A DNA stretch of 64,000 nt from Candidatus Marinacidobacterales bacterium (GTDB taxonomy: Bacteria; Acidobacteriota; Vicinamibacteria; Marinacidobacterales; DATDRI01): NCBI GenBank assembly GCA_965226495.1, contig OZ245365.1, positions 3,360,001 to 3,424,000 on the forward strand, read 5' to 3'. The position numbers were made by a program, and so were the translations under genes. A model generated the notes under the pieces. The model saw only the letters and a program-made list of their open reading frames with translations. It was not told where the DNA came from and searched no databases. Of this stretch, positions 40,731 to 50,330 are shown piece by piece (position 1 is the first letter of the stretch; every line of letters begins with the position of its first letter).

Positions 40731-41276
40731 CTCTCTATATATACAACTCTACTCGGGAGAAAAACGAGCGCACTGAGAAAACGTAGATTCTTTCCAAATG
40801 TCGGCTGACTTTTTTTCAATTGTCTATTCCCCCCCACCGTGCGGTTGTGATAGGAGTCACTTTATCTACATCCGTGCACTAGGCACTGTGGCCGCCTCGC
40901 AAGGTCGGCCACCCAGGTTCCACCCAACTCGGTTTCTAGCATTATGGAAGCAGGGGGCACTAATGTGGGCATCTGTCTCCCCGATGGGGGGGAATCCACA
41001 CGGCGTACGCGATGCATCCGCGCCAAAAGGCCTCTATCCACCCGGACTGAGGGGGTTTCCCGTTACGCTCCATGGAGTTGAGGCCGGCGCGCCGTGGCCC
41101 GCTTATTGCATTTAGGGGGGGTGTGCCGAATAGCACGAACACCATTCTCTGATCTTCAAAGCGAGAACCGACCCATCAGACTCTCGATCTGAAAAAGTAA
41201 GAAGATGGCGATCCAACGGAAAGGCGAGACCGGCAACAATATCCCTACGTCGGCGTTCACCCTGAAGCGCCCGGCC

Positions 41277-42878
41277 ATGGACATCCGCGCCAAGGTTCTT
41301 TCCGTCGTGGTCCTCTCGGCGCTCGCGCCGGCGATGTTGATAGGAGCCGCCTCCTACTTCACGTCGCGGGAGATCCTCATCGAGAAGGTCACCGACCAGC
41401 TCACTACCCGCGCGGGCTCCTCGTCGGAACAGGTGAGTCAGTGGTTCAAGGAACGCTCCCAAGACACCGAAGTATTCGCCAACTCGTTCATCGTCTCCGA
41501 GAACCTAAGACGTTGGGAAATCGCAAAGGGAACGTCGGACAAGTTAGCTGCGCAAGAATCGAGGAGACGGCTCCAGGCGTATTTGGCGCAAGTTCAAAAT
41601 CGCTACCCGCTCTACCGTGAGCTCTTCATCATCGACGGACAAGGAACCCTGGTGGCCAAGACGCAGCCATTCATGGAGGACGTAGAAACGGAGCTCGCAC
41701 CGGAGCTGCTCGGTTCGGAGGGAGACACAGAGCTGCAACGCCTCGGAGGGGAGCTCGTCTTCCACGCACGACGAGAGGTTCGGGACAGCACGGACCAACA
41801 GGTGGGGACCTTGATCACCGTCAGCGGGTTGTCAGAAATGTGGCGGCGCCTTGGCGGCGAAATGCATTCCGATTTCGGCACGCTGCGGATTATCAATGAG
41901 AACGGAAGGCCACTGTTCGATGGTCGCGCAACTTCTCCTGATTTGGCGAGTGACATCGCTTCCGAAGGAGTCCAGCGTTGCCTTCGGGGCGAGAACGGTA
42001 TTGCCGAGTACCAGGACGGTCGAGGGATGGCAGTGCTCGGAGCCTATCGATTCATTCTGCCCCACCGGCTCGGCTTGATCGTGGAGATGGACAGCGAGAG
42101 GGCTTTCGCCGCCGTGCATCGCCTCCGGAATATGAATCTGATCATCAGCGCTCTTGCGGTGTTCCTGGTCACGGGAATCGGTTACGGACTGGTGGTGAGC
42201 CTCACGCGACCGATCGAAGCCCTCATCGAAGGCGCCAAAGCCGTGGCCAGGGGAGATCTCGGCCGTGAGATTCCTATCGTCACCACCGATGAAATCGGCT
42301 ATCTTACGAAGGTCTTCAATCGAATGACCCGCGCCCTCAAGGAAACCCATACCGATCTGCAACAAAAATCCAGCACCGACGAGCTCACGGGACTCTTCAA
42401 CCGTCGTTTCCTGGCCAAAGCCTTCGGCATGGAGTTGAGTCGGGCGGAGCGAAGCAGTAAGCCCCTATCGGTGCTCATGATCGACATCGATCACTTCAAG
42501 GCCTTCAACGATCGGTTCGGTCATCCGGAGGGAGACACCGTGCTGCGTAACACCGGCGCCTTCCTCACCAAACACTTGCGCTCGACGGACGTTGCGGCGC
42601 GCTACGGTGGCGAAGAGTTCATCGTGCTGCTCCCATCTACCGGGAAACGCGAGGCGGGGAAAAAAGCCGACAACCTGCGAAAGGCTTTCGCCGAGGCGGG
42701 CCTCAGCGGCGAAAGCAAAGCCAAGGTCACCGTTAGCGTCGGAGTGGCCTCGATGCCCGACGATGGACTGACCGAGCATGAGCTAGTGGGTGCCGCCGAC
42801 GCGGCGCTATACGTGGCGAAGCGCCAGGGTCGTAATCGGGTAGCGATCTTCGAAGTAGCGCAGCCGGCCGCCGGCTAG
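41277..42878 (+). CDS. Diguanylate cyclase (Cache-HAMP-GGDEF)
   Basis: TDELTGLFNRR, DIDHFK, RSTD I-site, RYGGEEF, ADAALYVAK; alternative start 41205. Confidence 0.93.
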   Translation: MDIRAKVLSVVVLSALAPAMLIGAASYFTSREILIEKVTDQLTTRAGSSSEQVSQWFKERSQDTEVFANSFIVSENLRRWEIAKGTSDKLAAQESRRRLQAYLAQVQNRYPLYRELFIIDGQGTLVAKTQPFMEDVETELAPELLGSEGDTELQRLGGELVFHARREVRDSTDQQVGTLITVSGLSEMWRRLGGEMHSDFGTLRIINENGRPLFDGRATSPDLASDIASEGVQRCLRGENGIAEYQDGRGMAVLGAYRFILPHRLGLIVEMDSERAFAAVHRLRNMNLIISALAVFLVTGIGYGLVVSLTRPIEALIEGAKAVARGDLGREIPIVTTDEIGYLTKVFNRMTRALKETHTDLQQKSSTDELTGLFNRRFLAKAFGMELSRAERSSKPLSVLMIDIDHFKAFNDRFGHPEGDTVLRNTGAFLTKHLRSTDVAARYGGEEFIVLLPSTGKREAGKKADNLRKAFAEAGLSGESKAKVTVSVGVASMPDDGLTEHELVGAADAALYVAKRQGRNRVAIFEVAQPAAG

Positions 42879-42888
42879 GCACTAGGCA

Positions 42889-43704
42889 TTAGCGAACCAC
42901 GCTGGTGTGAATCCAAGCCCTCAGACCATCGCCGGTCTCCACTTGAAACCAATCCCCCCAACGCGCGACGGCGAGGATCTGCGTGCCCTTGGCTACCTGG
43001 CCGACGGGGCTCTTGTCCTTGCCAGGCGCTTCGCGCAGGTTGGCGTTCACCACAGCCTCCAGGTTGCGGGCCGGTACGATCGGAATGATATCGTCCGACG
43101 CGCTGAGCGAGGACGTGCGGATGTCGGCGACCATGCGTGCTTGACGTACTAACTCGCCCGCCCGTTCGCTTAGATAAGACGAGCCTCCGAAGTTCCCTTC
43201 CACGAGTGCCTTGTCGGCACGGCTGAGGAACTCGTTCGCCCGCTTCAGTCGAGCCGCCACCTCAGGGTCGTTAGCCCGCGGAGCGGATTGGAGCTGCACA
43301 CGTACTTCAGCAATCCGAGAGATCGCCAAGGCGCGGTTGTGGACGCTCCTAAGACTCGCTTTGGAGCGAAGTACTTCCTCGACGGAGCTCGCGAGCTCGA
43401 TCTCGAGCGCCACGTAGCGTTCTTCAAGGGAGGCCCGAGCCGCTTCTTCGTCTTCCAGCTGTCGCCGGAGCTTCCGGTTCTCTGTCTTCGCTGCCGCGAG
43501 CTTGAGCTCCACGGATTTTATCGGGTCAACTTCTGCGGGCTCTGCCGACTCCGCCGGCGGGCTGGCTTCTGTCTCGTTCGCGGTCGCCGAGGCTGGCTTG
43601 GACCCGGCCGGTTGAGCAGAGGGGGTCGCGACCTTCTTGAGTCCACAGCTGATGGCAAGCAGGCCGCTGATGGCAAGTAAGAGCGCCGTCCGTTTCGTCG
43701 CCAC
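42889..43704 (-). CDS. Lipoprotein with coiled coil and C-terminal SH3 domain
   Basis: Lipobox LAISC; ANLREAPG...GDWFQVE...AWI bacterial SH3 pattern. Confidence 0.78.
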   Translation of the reverse strand: MATKRTALLLAISGLLAISCGLKKVATPSAQPAGSKPASATANETEASPPAESAEPAEVDPIKSVELKLAAAKTENRKLRRQLEDEEAARASLEERYVALEIELASSVEEVLRSKASLRSVHNRALAISRIAEVRVQLQSAPRANDPEVAARLKRANEFLSRADKALVEGNFGGSSYLSERAGELVRQARMVADIRTSSLSASDDIIPIVPARNLEAVVNANLREAPGKDKSPVGQVAKGTQILAVARWGDWFQVETGDGLRAWIHTSVVR

Positions 43705-43808
43705 GGTAATCTCCCCTTTCGAGGCGGTTTTTGATTTTCTTATATGGAGTTCCGGAGACCGGACGCTAATTAGTTTAACGTAGCCATGTCGTTAAAAGCA
43801 AACGGCTT

Positions 43809-44744
43809 GTGGCTCACGCGTCGATCCCCCCGCTCTCGTGTTCAGCGGTGGTGTACCATGGTCTGGTTGAGGACCGTGTTGGACAATCTGTGGGGGAAGA
43901 GTTGAAGGGGTTGAGCGGGCTGCGGGTCGTCAGTTTCGAGAGCCGGCGTTCGAAGGAGATGGCGAATCTCATCCGGAGCCACGGAGGCGAGCCTATCCAA
44001 ACACCATCCATGCAAGAGATTCCCCTCACCGAGCAGAGCGAAGCGCTCGAGTTCGGAGAGGCGCTTACGGGTGGCGCCTGTGATGTGCTGATTCTTCTGA
44101 CCGGTGTCGGCACCCGTATGTTAGTGGACACGCTAGCCACCCGGCGGCCACGTGAGGTGGTCCTCGAGGCCTTGGGAAAAACCTCTCTAGTCTGTCGCGG
44201 GCCCAAACCCGTTAGCGCGCTCAAGAAGATGGGCCTCCGCGCCACGCTTACGGTCGGTGAGCCCAACACCTGGCGTGATCTATTGCAGGCCCTCGATGAC
44301 GAGCTGCCCGTTTCGGGGAAGCGAGTCGCTGTCCAAGAGTACGGAGCCCGCAATCAGGAGCTCCTCGATGGCCTCCAAGAGAGAGATGCCGTCGTCACTC
44401 CCGTCCCGGTCTACGGATGGGCACTCCCTGACGACACAGAGCCTCTCAAGAACGCCATTGAGCGCGCAGTGGCGGGCGAGATCGACGCTGCCGTGTTCAC
44501 GAGCGCCACCCAGGCGGACCATCTTTTTCAAGTAGCTGAACAGCAGGCACGAGCAGAGGAGATTCGGGCGGCCTTTCGCAGCCGAATCTTGGTCGCCTCC
44601 ATTGGCCCCATTACGAGCGAAGCCCTCACGCGTTTGGGTGTCGAGGCGGATATCGTTCCCGAGCATCCCAAGATGGGACACTTGGTCATGGCGTTGGCGG
44701 AAGAGGCTGCGCCGGGGCTCAAACGCAAGCGCAGTCGAGGCTAG
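43809..44744 (+). CDS. hemD: Uroporphyrinogen-III synthase
   Basis: LRVVSFESRR, LTGVG, RGPKP, VQEYG, FTSA, SIGP; true start may be GTG 43890. Confidence 0.88.
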   Translation: MAHASIPPLSCSAVVYHGLVEDRVGQSVGEELKGLSGLRVVSFESRRSKEMANLIRSHGGEPIQTPSMQEIPLTEQSEALEFGEALTGGACDVLILLTGVGTRMLVDTLATRRPREVVLEALGKTSLVCRGPKPVSALKKMGLRATLTVGEPNTWRDLLQALDDELPVSGKRVAVQEYGARNQELLDGLQERDAVVTPVPVYGWALPDDTEPLKNAIERAVAGEIDAAVFTSATQADHLFQVAEQQARAEEIRAAFRSRILVASIGPITSEALTRLGVEADIVPEHPKMGHLVMALAEEAAPGLKRKRSRG

Positions 44745-45379
44745 TTTTCCAGTCGAGAGACGAGGTCGGCAAGGTCAGACACGTCACTGATGGGTGGGTC
44801 TTGGGAGACCGCGATACGCACCGCAAACGGTTCTTTCGGCTCCCCCACAGCCTCGACTTGGATGTCGTCCGCCTCGGGATAAAGCTCACCGAGGAACGGA
44901 AGCAGCCCTTCCTTTACCGCGTCGAATGCCTCCGGCGTTCGCGGTGCGAGAAGGCGGTTTTGGATCTTGAAAAGCGCCTCGTCATAACGAAAGTGGAGCT
45001 TTCCTTCGAACGCCGGCTCCGCCTGGAGAAGCATGCAAGCCTTCAAAGCGGCGCCGAAGGCTCGACGGAGCCGCGAGCGCACGTCACCTTCGGCCCTCCG
45101 TTTGCGACTATAAAGAAGGCCAAGCCGTCCCTCAGCCTGATCCAAGCTGTACTGGCCTTCATGACACATGAGTAAGACGCCCGGGCCATGATGGACGTGG
45201 GAATAATCGGCAACGTCGATCATCACTTCGTTCTCCAAGCGGTGGGACTGTATCCACTCATGGAAGATCGGGACGAAGTCCCTTGGTCCCAACTCGACGG
45301 AGTCAACCGCGTAGAACTTGATCGCGAGCTCGTGCGCTTCCAGCGGGCTCACGACGCGGGCGCTAGACGGCGGCGGCAT
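44741..45379 (-). CDS. Hypothetical protein cotranscribed with sulfite reductase
   Basis: Overlaps the reductase stop; FH.WIQ...IDVADYSHVHHGPGVLL. Confidence 0.75.
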   Translation of the reverse strand: MPPPSSARVVSPLEAHELAIKFYAVDSVELGPRDFVPIFHEWIQSHRLENEVMIDVADYSHVHHGPGVLLMCHEGQYSLDQAEGRLGLLYSRKRRAEGDVRSRLRRAFGAALKACMLLQAEPAFEGKLHFRYDEALFKIQNRLLAPRTPEAFDAVKEGLLPFLGELYPEADDIQVEAVGEPKEPFAVRIAVSQDPPISDVSDLADLVSRLEN

Positions 45380-47750
45380 CCAGTTGCTCCAACGAACGCC
45401 CGTGGCAAGCGTACACCGCCTCGATAAACAATTGAGCTTCTTCGATGCGATGGTGAGCGGCGTCCGCAGTCAAGTCGCGGTTACCGTCTAGCTCTTCGCG
45501 GTGGATGCGGAACAAGTAGTTGCCAAATTTCCCTCCCGCATACGGGTCGAAGAAGAGTTTGGTGTCGTAGAAGCGGGACCGGAACTCACGGACAATCTTG
45601 TCAGCACTGTCAGGCCTGTCAGGCCTGACAGCCTCGCCCGGCTGGCCGACGGCTAAATCGATCTCAGCATTTTGGGAGCGCACCAGCGCCGCAGCGGCGT
45701 CGAGCATCGCCCGAAAGGCCGTCTTTGCCGAATCGCGCGGATTCCCAGCGTCCAACTGCACTTGCGCCTCGAAGACTTGACGCTCGCTGGCGGCAAGGGA
45801 GAAATCGAAGCGCGATACCACCTCGCCCGCACACTCACCCTTTCCCATGTCCCCTAGTGTGAACTCTCGCGGATCCCCCCAATCGGAGTAGAGCGTTCGG
45901 TCCTGGTCGTAACTCGGAATCTCGGTCAAGTCATCGAGCATCGAGCGGACCTTGAGCTTACCCATTCGGCCGATGAAGTCTTGAAACTTCTCGCTACGCT
46001 TTCCGTCGCGCCGAAACCAATCGGTGATCCGGGTTACCACATCGGGAATTCGCTTCGACGGCACCGCACCCACTGCTAACCCAAAAGACTTCCCATTCTC
46101 CGTCCACTGTCCACCCAGAACGACCTGAAAGTGCGGGACGGTGCGGCCTCCACTCCTGCGACTCACTCCGTAGAAACCGAGGTCGGCAACCGAGTGTTGA
46201 CCACAAGAATTGAAGCACCCGCTGACTTTGATACGTAGACCGTTGAGCGAAGCGTCGAAGGCGAGGTTCTTCTCCAGGAGACGCGTCCGGAGCTCCTCGG
46301 CAAGACCGCGCGAAGAGGCGATACCCAACTTGCAGGTGTCGGTGCCCGGGCAGGTGGTGACGTCTACGATGGAGCCCGCACCCGGCTCGCCCAGCCCTAC
46401 TTCTTTGAGTGCGGAGTAGAGGTCGGGCAAGTCGGCTTCGGCAACCCACCGAAGGACGATGTTCTGGTCGACGGTCGTGCGAACCGAATCGCCGCTGAAC
46501 CGCCGTGCCAAACCGGCGAGCCGTTGCATTTGATGAGAAGACAGATCCCCCAGGGGAAGGGTGATGGCTGCCACCGAGTAGCCCGGCTGACTTTGCTGGT
46601 AGACGTTGGTGGCCGTCCACGCTGCGAAACCTTCGGGGTAAGGGCCCGGTCCCAGACGCGCCGATCGATGAGCCGGCTGGTCGGTGGCCGCCGTCAAGAA
46701 GACTTCCGGAACCGACCGACCGGCCTCGAACGCGGAGACAAGCCCGGTCCATCGCGCATCGGCCGGAAGCTTTTGTCGTTCCTCCAATACCAGGCGCCGA
46801 AACTCGTCGATTCCCAGACTCGCGACCACGAATTTGAGACGGGCGCGAGCCCGATTCTTCTTTTCTCCCAAGCGCGCGAAGACCCGGCACACGGCTTGCG
46901 CAATGGGCAACATTTCTTCCACCGGCAGGAAAGCATCGAAAAGCTTCGCCTGGTAGGGTACGGCACCCAGACCACCCCCCACGTAAAGCTCGAACCCAGG
47001 ACGGCTGCTACCATTTACGGTCTCGGTCTTCGCGATGAAACCGAGGTCATGAAAAGCCGTGAGGCCGCAGGACTCTTGCTTGCAGCCGGAGAACGCGATC
47101 TTGAACTTCCGACCGAAGTCCTGCGCGTCGGGGTGACCGAGCAAGAAGTAGGTCAGAGCCTTGGCATAAGGCGTCACGTCGAACGTTTCCCCGCGACACA
47201 CGCCGGACAAGGGGCAGGCGGTGACGTTCCGCACTGAATTGCCGCAGGCTTCTTGAGTGGTAATGCCGACCGCGGCGAGGCGTCTCATCATGTCCGGAGT
47301 GTCGTCGATGTGGACGAAATGTAGCTGGAAATCCTGCCGGGTCGTGACGTGCAGGATGCCGTCGGAATAATCGTCGGCCAGCTCGGCCAGAACATCCATC
47401 TGCTCCGGCGTCACGCTACCGAATGGGATCTTGATGCGTTGCATGCCGGGAGCATCCCAGAGCGTGTTGGGGCCCTTCATCACCGACCCGGAGGGGTACT
47501 CGAGCTTTTGACTTCGCCGACCGTCGTGTCGCTGACCGTTGTCGTACCGCTGTCCGTAGACACCCCGGCGGAGCCGTGTCTCGTTGAAAAGCTTCTCCTC
47601 CAGCTTGCCCTGGCGGCGAAGCTCGACCTCTGTCTCGAAGATGTCGATCTCGCGACCCAGCTCGGCCGGCATCTTGTCGGCGAGCTCCTGCTTCCAGCTG
47701 AGCTCCGAAAGTGACGTGGTCGAAACCATAGGCCCGGTAGGCGTGCTCAT
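45363..47750 (-). CDS. Ferredoxin-dependent sulfite/nitrite reductase (siroheme) with C-terminal helical (HEPN-like) extension
   Basis: TTRQD, RKFKIAFSGC, CPGTDTC...SGCFNSCGQH 4Fe-4S/siroheme ligands. Confidence 0.9.
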   Translation of the reverse strand: MSTPTGPMVSTTSLSELSWKQELADKMPAELGREIDIFETEVELRRQGKLEEKLFNETRLRRGVYGQRYDNGQRHDGRRSQKLEYPSGSVMKGPNTLWDAPGMQRIKIPFGSVTPEQMDVLAELADDYSDGILHVTTRQDFQLHFVHIDDTPDMMRRLAAVGITTQEACGNSVRNVTACPLSGVCRGETFDVTPYAKALTYFLLGHPDAQDFGRKFKIAFSGCKQESCGLTAFHDLGFIAKTETVNGSSRPGFELYVGGGLGAVPYQAKLFDAFLPVEEMLPIAQAVCRVFARLGEKKNRARARLKFVVASLGIDEFRRLVLEERQKLPADARWTGLVSAFEAGRSVPEVFLTAATDQPAHRSARLGPGPYPEGFAAWTATNVYQQSQPGYSVAAITLPLGDLSSHQMQRLAGLARRFSGDSVRTTVDQNIVLRWVAEADLPDLYSALKEVGLGEPGAGSIVDVTTCPGTDTCKLGIASSRGLAEELRTRLLEKNLAFDASLNGLRIKVSGCFNSCGQHSVADLGFYGVSRRSGGRTVPHFQVVLGGQWTENGKSFGLAVGAVPSKRIPDVVTRITDWFRRDGKRSEKFQDFIGRMGKLKVRSMLDDLTEIPSYDQDRTLYSDWGDPREFTLGDMGKGECAGEVVSRFDFSLAASERQVFEAQVQLDAGNPRDSAKTAFRAMLDAAAALVRSQNAEIDLAVGQPGEAVRPDRPDSADKIVREFRSRFYDTKLFFDPYAGGKFGNYLFRIHREELDGNRDLTADAAHHRIEEAQLFIEAVYACHGRSLEQLDAAAV

Positions 47751-48553
47751 GCCGGGACTCCTTTCTCTAAGGCAAGGAAAAGCGGGTCTTCGATGGCAAC
47801 GCGATCGGCGATAGCAATGCGATCGGCGAGCGAAACGACTTCGCCAATGACCAGCGTGCCGGGAACGTCGCCAGGAGCGTGGTCGAACTCGTTGCTTGCC
47901 GGAAGCGGAATCTGCCCCAACTCCGCGAGGTCGCTCACCCAGGTCGCGGCCTGTGGCGTCGACGCTCCCAAAATGAGGGCGGCCGGCGTATCAGGCCTCC
48001 AACCTTGAAGCATCAGGAACTCCGAAAGATCGCCGCGATTGGCGACTCCCATCAGCACCACCAATGTGATCGAATTGGGTGTGACGGTCTCGAGTAAGGG
48101 ACGGTAAGACGCCGCGGCGTGTCCCGATACCACCATGAACCCGGCGGTCAGACCACGGTGCGTCACTGGGATACCGGCGAGAGCAGGAGCCGCCACTGCG
48201 GAGCTGATTCCCGGAATGACCTCGAAGGGGATCCCCGCTGCGGCAAGGGCGAGAGCTTCTTCCCCGCCCCGACCCAAAACAAAAGGATCGCCGCCCTTGA
48301 GCCGCACCACACGCTGGCCCCGGCGCGCGGCGTTTATCATGATGCGATGGATCGTGTCCTGGGGAGTCGACTTTCTCCGCGCCCGCTTGCCGACGTCGAA
48401 GGCTCGCGCCTTGGGTGCAAGGGCCAAAATTTCCGGTGATACCAAGGCGTCGTGCAAAACGAGGTCGGCCTCGCTCAAGCGCCGCGCCGCCTTCATCGTC
48501 AAGAGCTCCGGGTCACCGGGCCCCGCGCCGACCAGCGAGACGAACCCGGTCAT
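47747..48553 (-). CDS. cobA: Uroporphyrinogen-III C-methyltransferase
   Basis: LVGAGPGDPELLT, RLKGGDPFVLGRGGEE, PGISS. Confidence 0.95.
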   Translation of the reverse strand: MTGFVSLVGAGPGDPELLTMKAARRLSEADLVLHDALVSPEILALAPKARAFDVGKRARRKSTPQDTIHRIMINAARRGQRVVRLKGGDPFVLGRGGEEALALAAAGIPFEVIPGISSAVAAPALAGIPVTHRGLTAGFMVVSGHAAASYRPLLETVTPNSITLVVLMGVANRGDLSEFLMLQGWRPDTPAALILGASTPQAATWVSDLAELGQIPLPASNEFDHAPGDVPGTLVIGEVVSLADRIAIADRVAIEDPLFLALEKGVPA

Positions 48554-49119
48554 GGCTCACGCTCCTCGTAGATCTCGTTCAGGGCCTGGAGTAGCCGCGG
48601 GCGACGCTCGGCAATCGGAACACCTTCTTGACGCCATAGGCTGCGCGCTTCACGGGCGACGCTCGTCCACTGATCCAAATCGCTGGGCAGCAGATGATCC
48701 AGGGCTTCCCGCATCAGGCCGGATAAGGCAGGGGCAGCTCCGTTCGTGGAAATGCCGAGCGTAACCCCCGAGCGACGCACGACACCCGCCCCGTAAGCGG
48801 TTGCACTCGCAAGATCGTCCACCGCAATAACGAAGAGGCGGCGTTCCGTTGCAGCCTCAGAGACCTCTCGGTTCACCTCGGGCGGCGCGGCCGACACCAC
48901 GAACCAGCAATCGTCGAGATCGCTGGGCCGAAAGGAACGGCGGTGAAGACTCAGATTCGGGTGAACCATCTCGAACTTGATCTCCGGAGCCACCAATGTG
49001 ACACGAGCGCCGGCCTCTAAAAGGCTCTTGGTCTTTGCTTCCGCGACCGGACCGCCCCCTGCGACGAGTACACGGCGACCGGCGAGCTTGAGGAAGATCG
49101 GAAAAAGAGGCGTTGACAT
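48550..49119 (-). CDS. Precorrin-2 dehydrogenase / sirohydrochlorin ferrochelatase (CysG N-terminal / SirC)
   Basis: LFPIFLKLAGRRVLVAGGG.VA, ISTNG.AP; start MSTPL. Confidence 0.9.
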   Translation of the reverse strand: MSTPLFPIFLKLAGRRVLVAGGGPVAEAKTKSLLEAGARVTLVAPEIKFEMVHPNLSLHRRSFRPSDLDDCWFVVSAAPPEVNREVSEAATERRLFVIAVDDLASATAYGAGVVRRSGVTLGISTNGAAPALSGLMREALDHLLPSDLDQWTSVAREARSLWRQEGVPIAERRPRLLQALNEIYEEREP

Positions 49120-49121
49120 AG

Positions 49122-49868
49122 TTATGACCCCGTCGGCTGCAAAACCGGCAATAACACGAGGCGCGATGCCCGGTTGTGAATGCCGCATTCGGTCTTGGTG
49201 CTGCCACGCCATCTACCGGCGCGTGGATCTTCTCCGAGTCGCACCGGGGTGGTGCAAGGCATGCAGCCAATACTCGGATAGCCTCGCTCGTGGAGCGGGT
49301 TGAAGGGGACGTCGTGCTCCCGTACGTATTCCCGCACGTCGCGGGTCGTCCACTCGACCAGCGGGTTGATCTTGACGAGCCCGAACTTCTCATCGAACCC
49401 GACTAGTGGTGCGCTGGCCCGTTCTGGAGTCTGGTCCCGCCGCAGAGCGCTGATCCAAGCCTCCGCTCCTTCGAGCGCGGCCCGCAGCGGCAGGACTTTC
49501 CTCAACTCGCAGCAGCGGTCCGGCTCTCGTTCCCACAAACCCTCACCGAAGCGACTCGCCTGCTCAGAAAGGGAAAGCTCCGGTCGTGCGGCGCGAACGC
49601 GAAGCCCGTAGCGTTCTTCGAGCTTGCTCCAAAGGGAATAGGTCTCTTCGAAAAACAAACCGGTGTCGAGAGTGAAAATGTCGACTGGCAACTGATTCCT
49701 GCCAATGATGTCGATGAGCACACACCCTTCGACCCCGAAGGCGGTTGCCATCACGAGCCGGGGCGCGAAACGCTCCGACGCCACGCGGAGAATGTCGGTG
49801 GTCGCACGGACCTTGAGAAGACGGTCCATGTCACGAATCTGCTGTTCTCGCTCTAGCTGCTGCATCAT
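49122..49868 (-). CDS. cysH: APS/PAPS reductase (4Fe-4S APS-reductase type)
   Basis: LDTG, RCCELRK, GYPSIGCMPCT, RAGRW, ECGIH. Confidence 0.93.
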   Translation of the reverse strand: MMQQLEREQQIRDMDRLLKVRATTDILRVASERFAPRLVMATAFGVEGCVLIDIIGRNQLPVDIFTLDTGLFFEETYSLWSKLEERYGLRVRAARPELSLSEQASRFGEGLWEREPDRCCELRKVLPLRAALEGAEAWISALRRDQTPERASAPLVGFDEKFGLVKINPLVEWTTRDVREYVREHDVPFNPLHERGYPSIGCMPCTTPVRLGEDPRAGRWRGSTKTECGIHNRASRLVLLPVLQPTGS

Positions 49869-49902
49869 TTCCTCAACCCCAGTGCCCTAGAGGTCCCGGC
49901 CC

Positions 49903-49940
49903 AAAAAACAAAAGGCCCAGGTCCTTTGGACCTGGGCCTT
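49903..49940 (-). terminator. Intrinsic terminator (attenuator) in the cys operon leader
   Basis: Perfect 13-bp stem AAGGCCCAGGTCC-aaa-GGACCTGGGCCTT followed by TTGTTTTTT, about 35 nt before the cysH ATG. Confidence 0.85.
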
Positions 49941-49966
49941 GTGCCGCTTGGCTACGGTTAGCTTGT

Positions 49967-50128
49967 CTACATTAAGCGAGGCCGCTGAAAATCCGAATCC
50001 GAAACAGAAACCGAAATAATCAATCGGCCGACAAACATACTGGGTGCTCCTCCAAGTGACACACGGCCCGGTCCCCCGGGCCAACTACACTTGCAGGACC
50101 TCCGAATCAGCATGTGGCTAAATCTCAT
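49967..50128 (-). CDS. Putative leader peptide of the cys operon (MRFSHMLIRRSCKC...RPRLM)
   Basis: Starts just after the predicted promoter, contains SCKC and four Met, and stops inside the antiterminator. Confidence 0.45.
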   Translation of the reverse strand: MRFSHMLIRRSCKCSWPGGPGRVSLGGAPSMFVGRLIISVSVSDSDFQRPRLM

Positions 50129-50138
50129 CTCTTGAACC

Positions 50139-50167
50139 ATTCTGCCCCGGCCGCTGGCCCGTGTCAA
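50139..50167 (-). promoter_or_regulatory. Sigma70-type promoter of the cys leader
   Basis: TTGACA-17 nt-CAGAAT on the minus strand. Confidence 0.6.
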
Positions 50168-50330
50168 ACGAAAATATGACTTTTTTGGTCTTAATCTAAC
50201 ATCTTTATAATCAGTTGTTTACTAGGTCACATCCTGTATACAGTCGTCATTCCGCCATGGCGATTCCGGAGCCCGTCAGACGCCGTGATTCTCGTGCAGG
50301 ATGGGTTATCATCGGTTATGGAATTCTATA

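Noticed and set aside
40940-41070. Resemblance to a c-di-AMP (ydaO) or c-di-GMP riboswitch
   Set aside because: GGGGGAATC-like fragments are present, but the conserved CCCGAACCCGTCAGCTAAC and GGCAAACC..GCAAAG elements were not found.
49990-50140. SAM-I/IV riboswitch upstream of cysH
   Set aside because: Lacks the ATC..GAG, GGCAACC and closing GAT core; a leader-ORF attenuator fits better.
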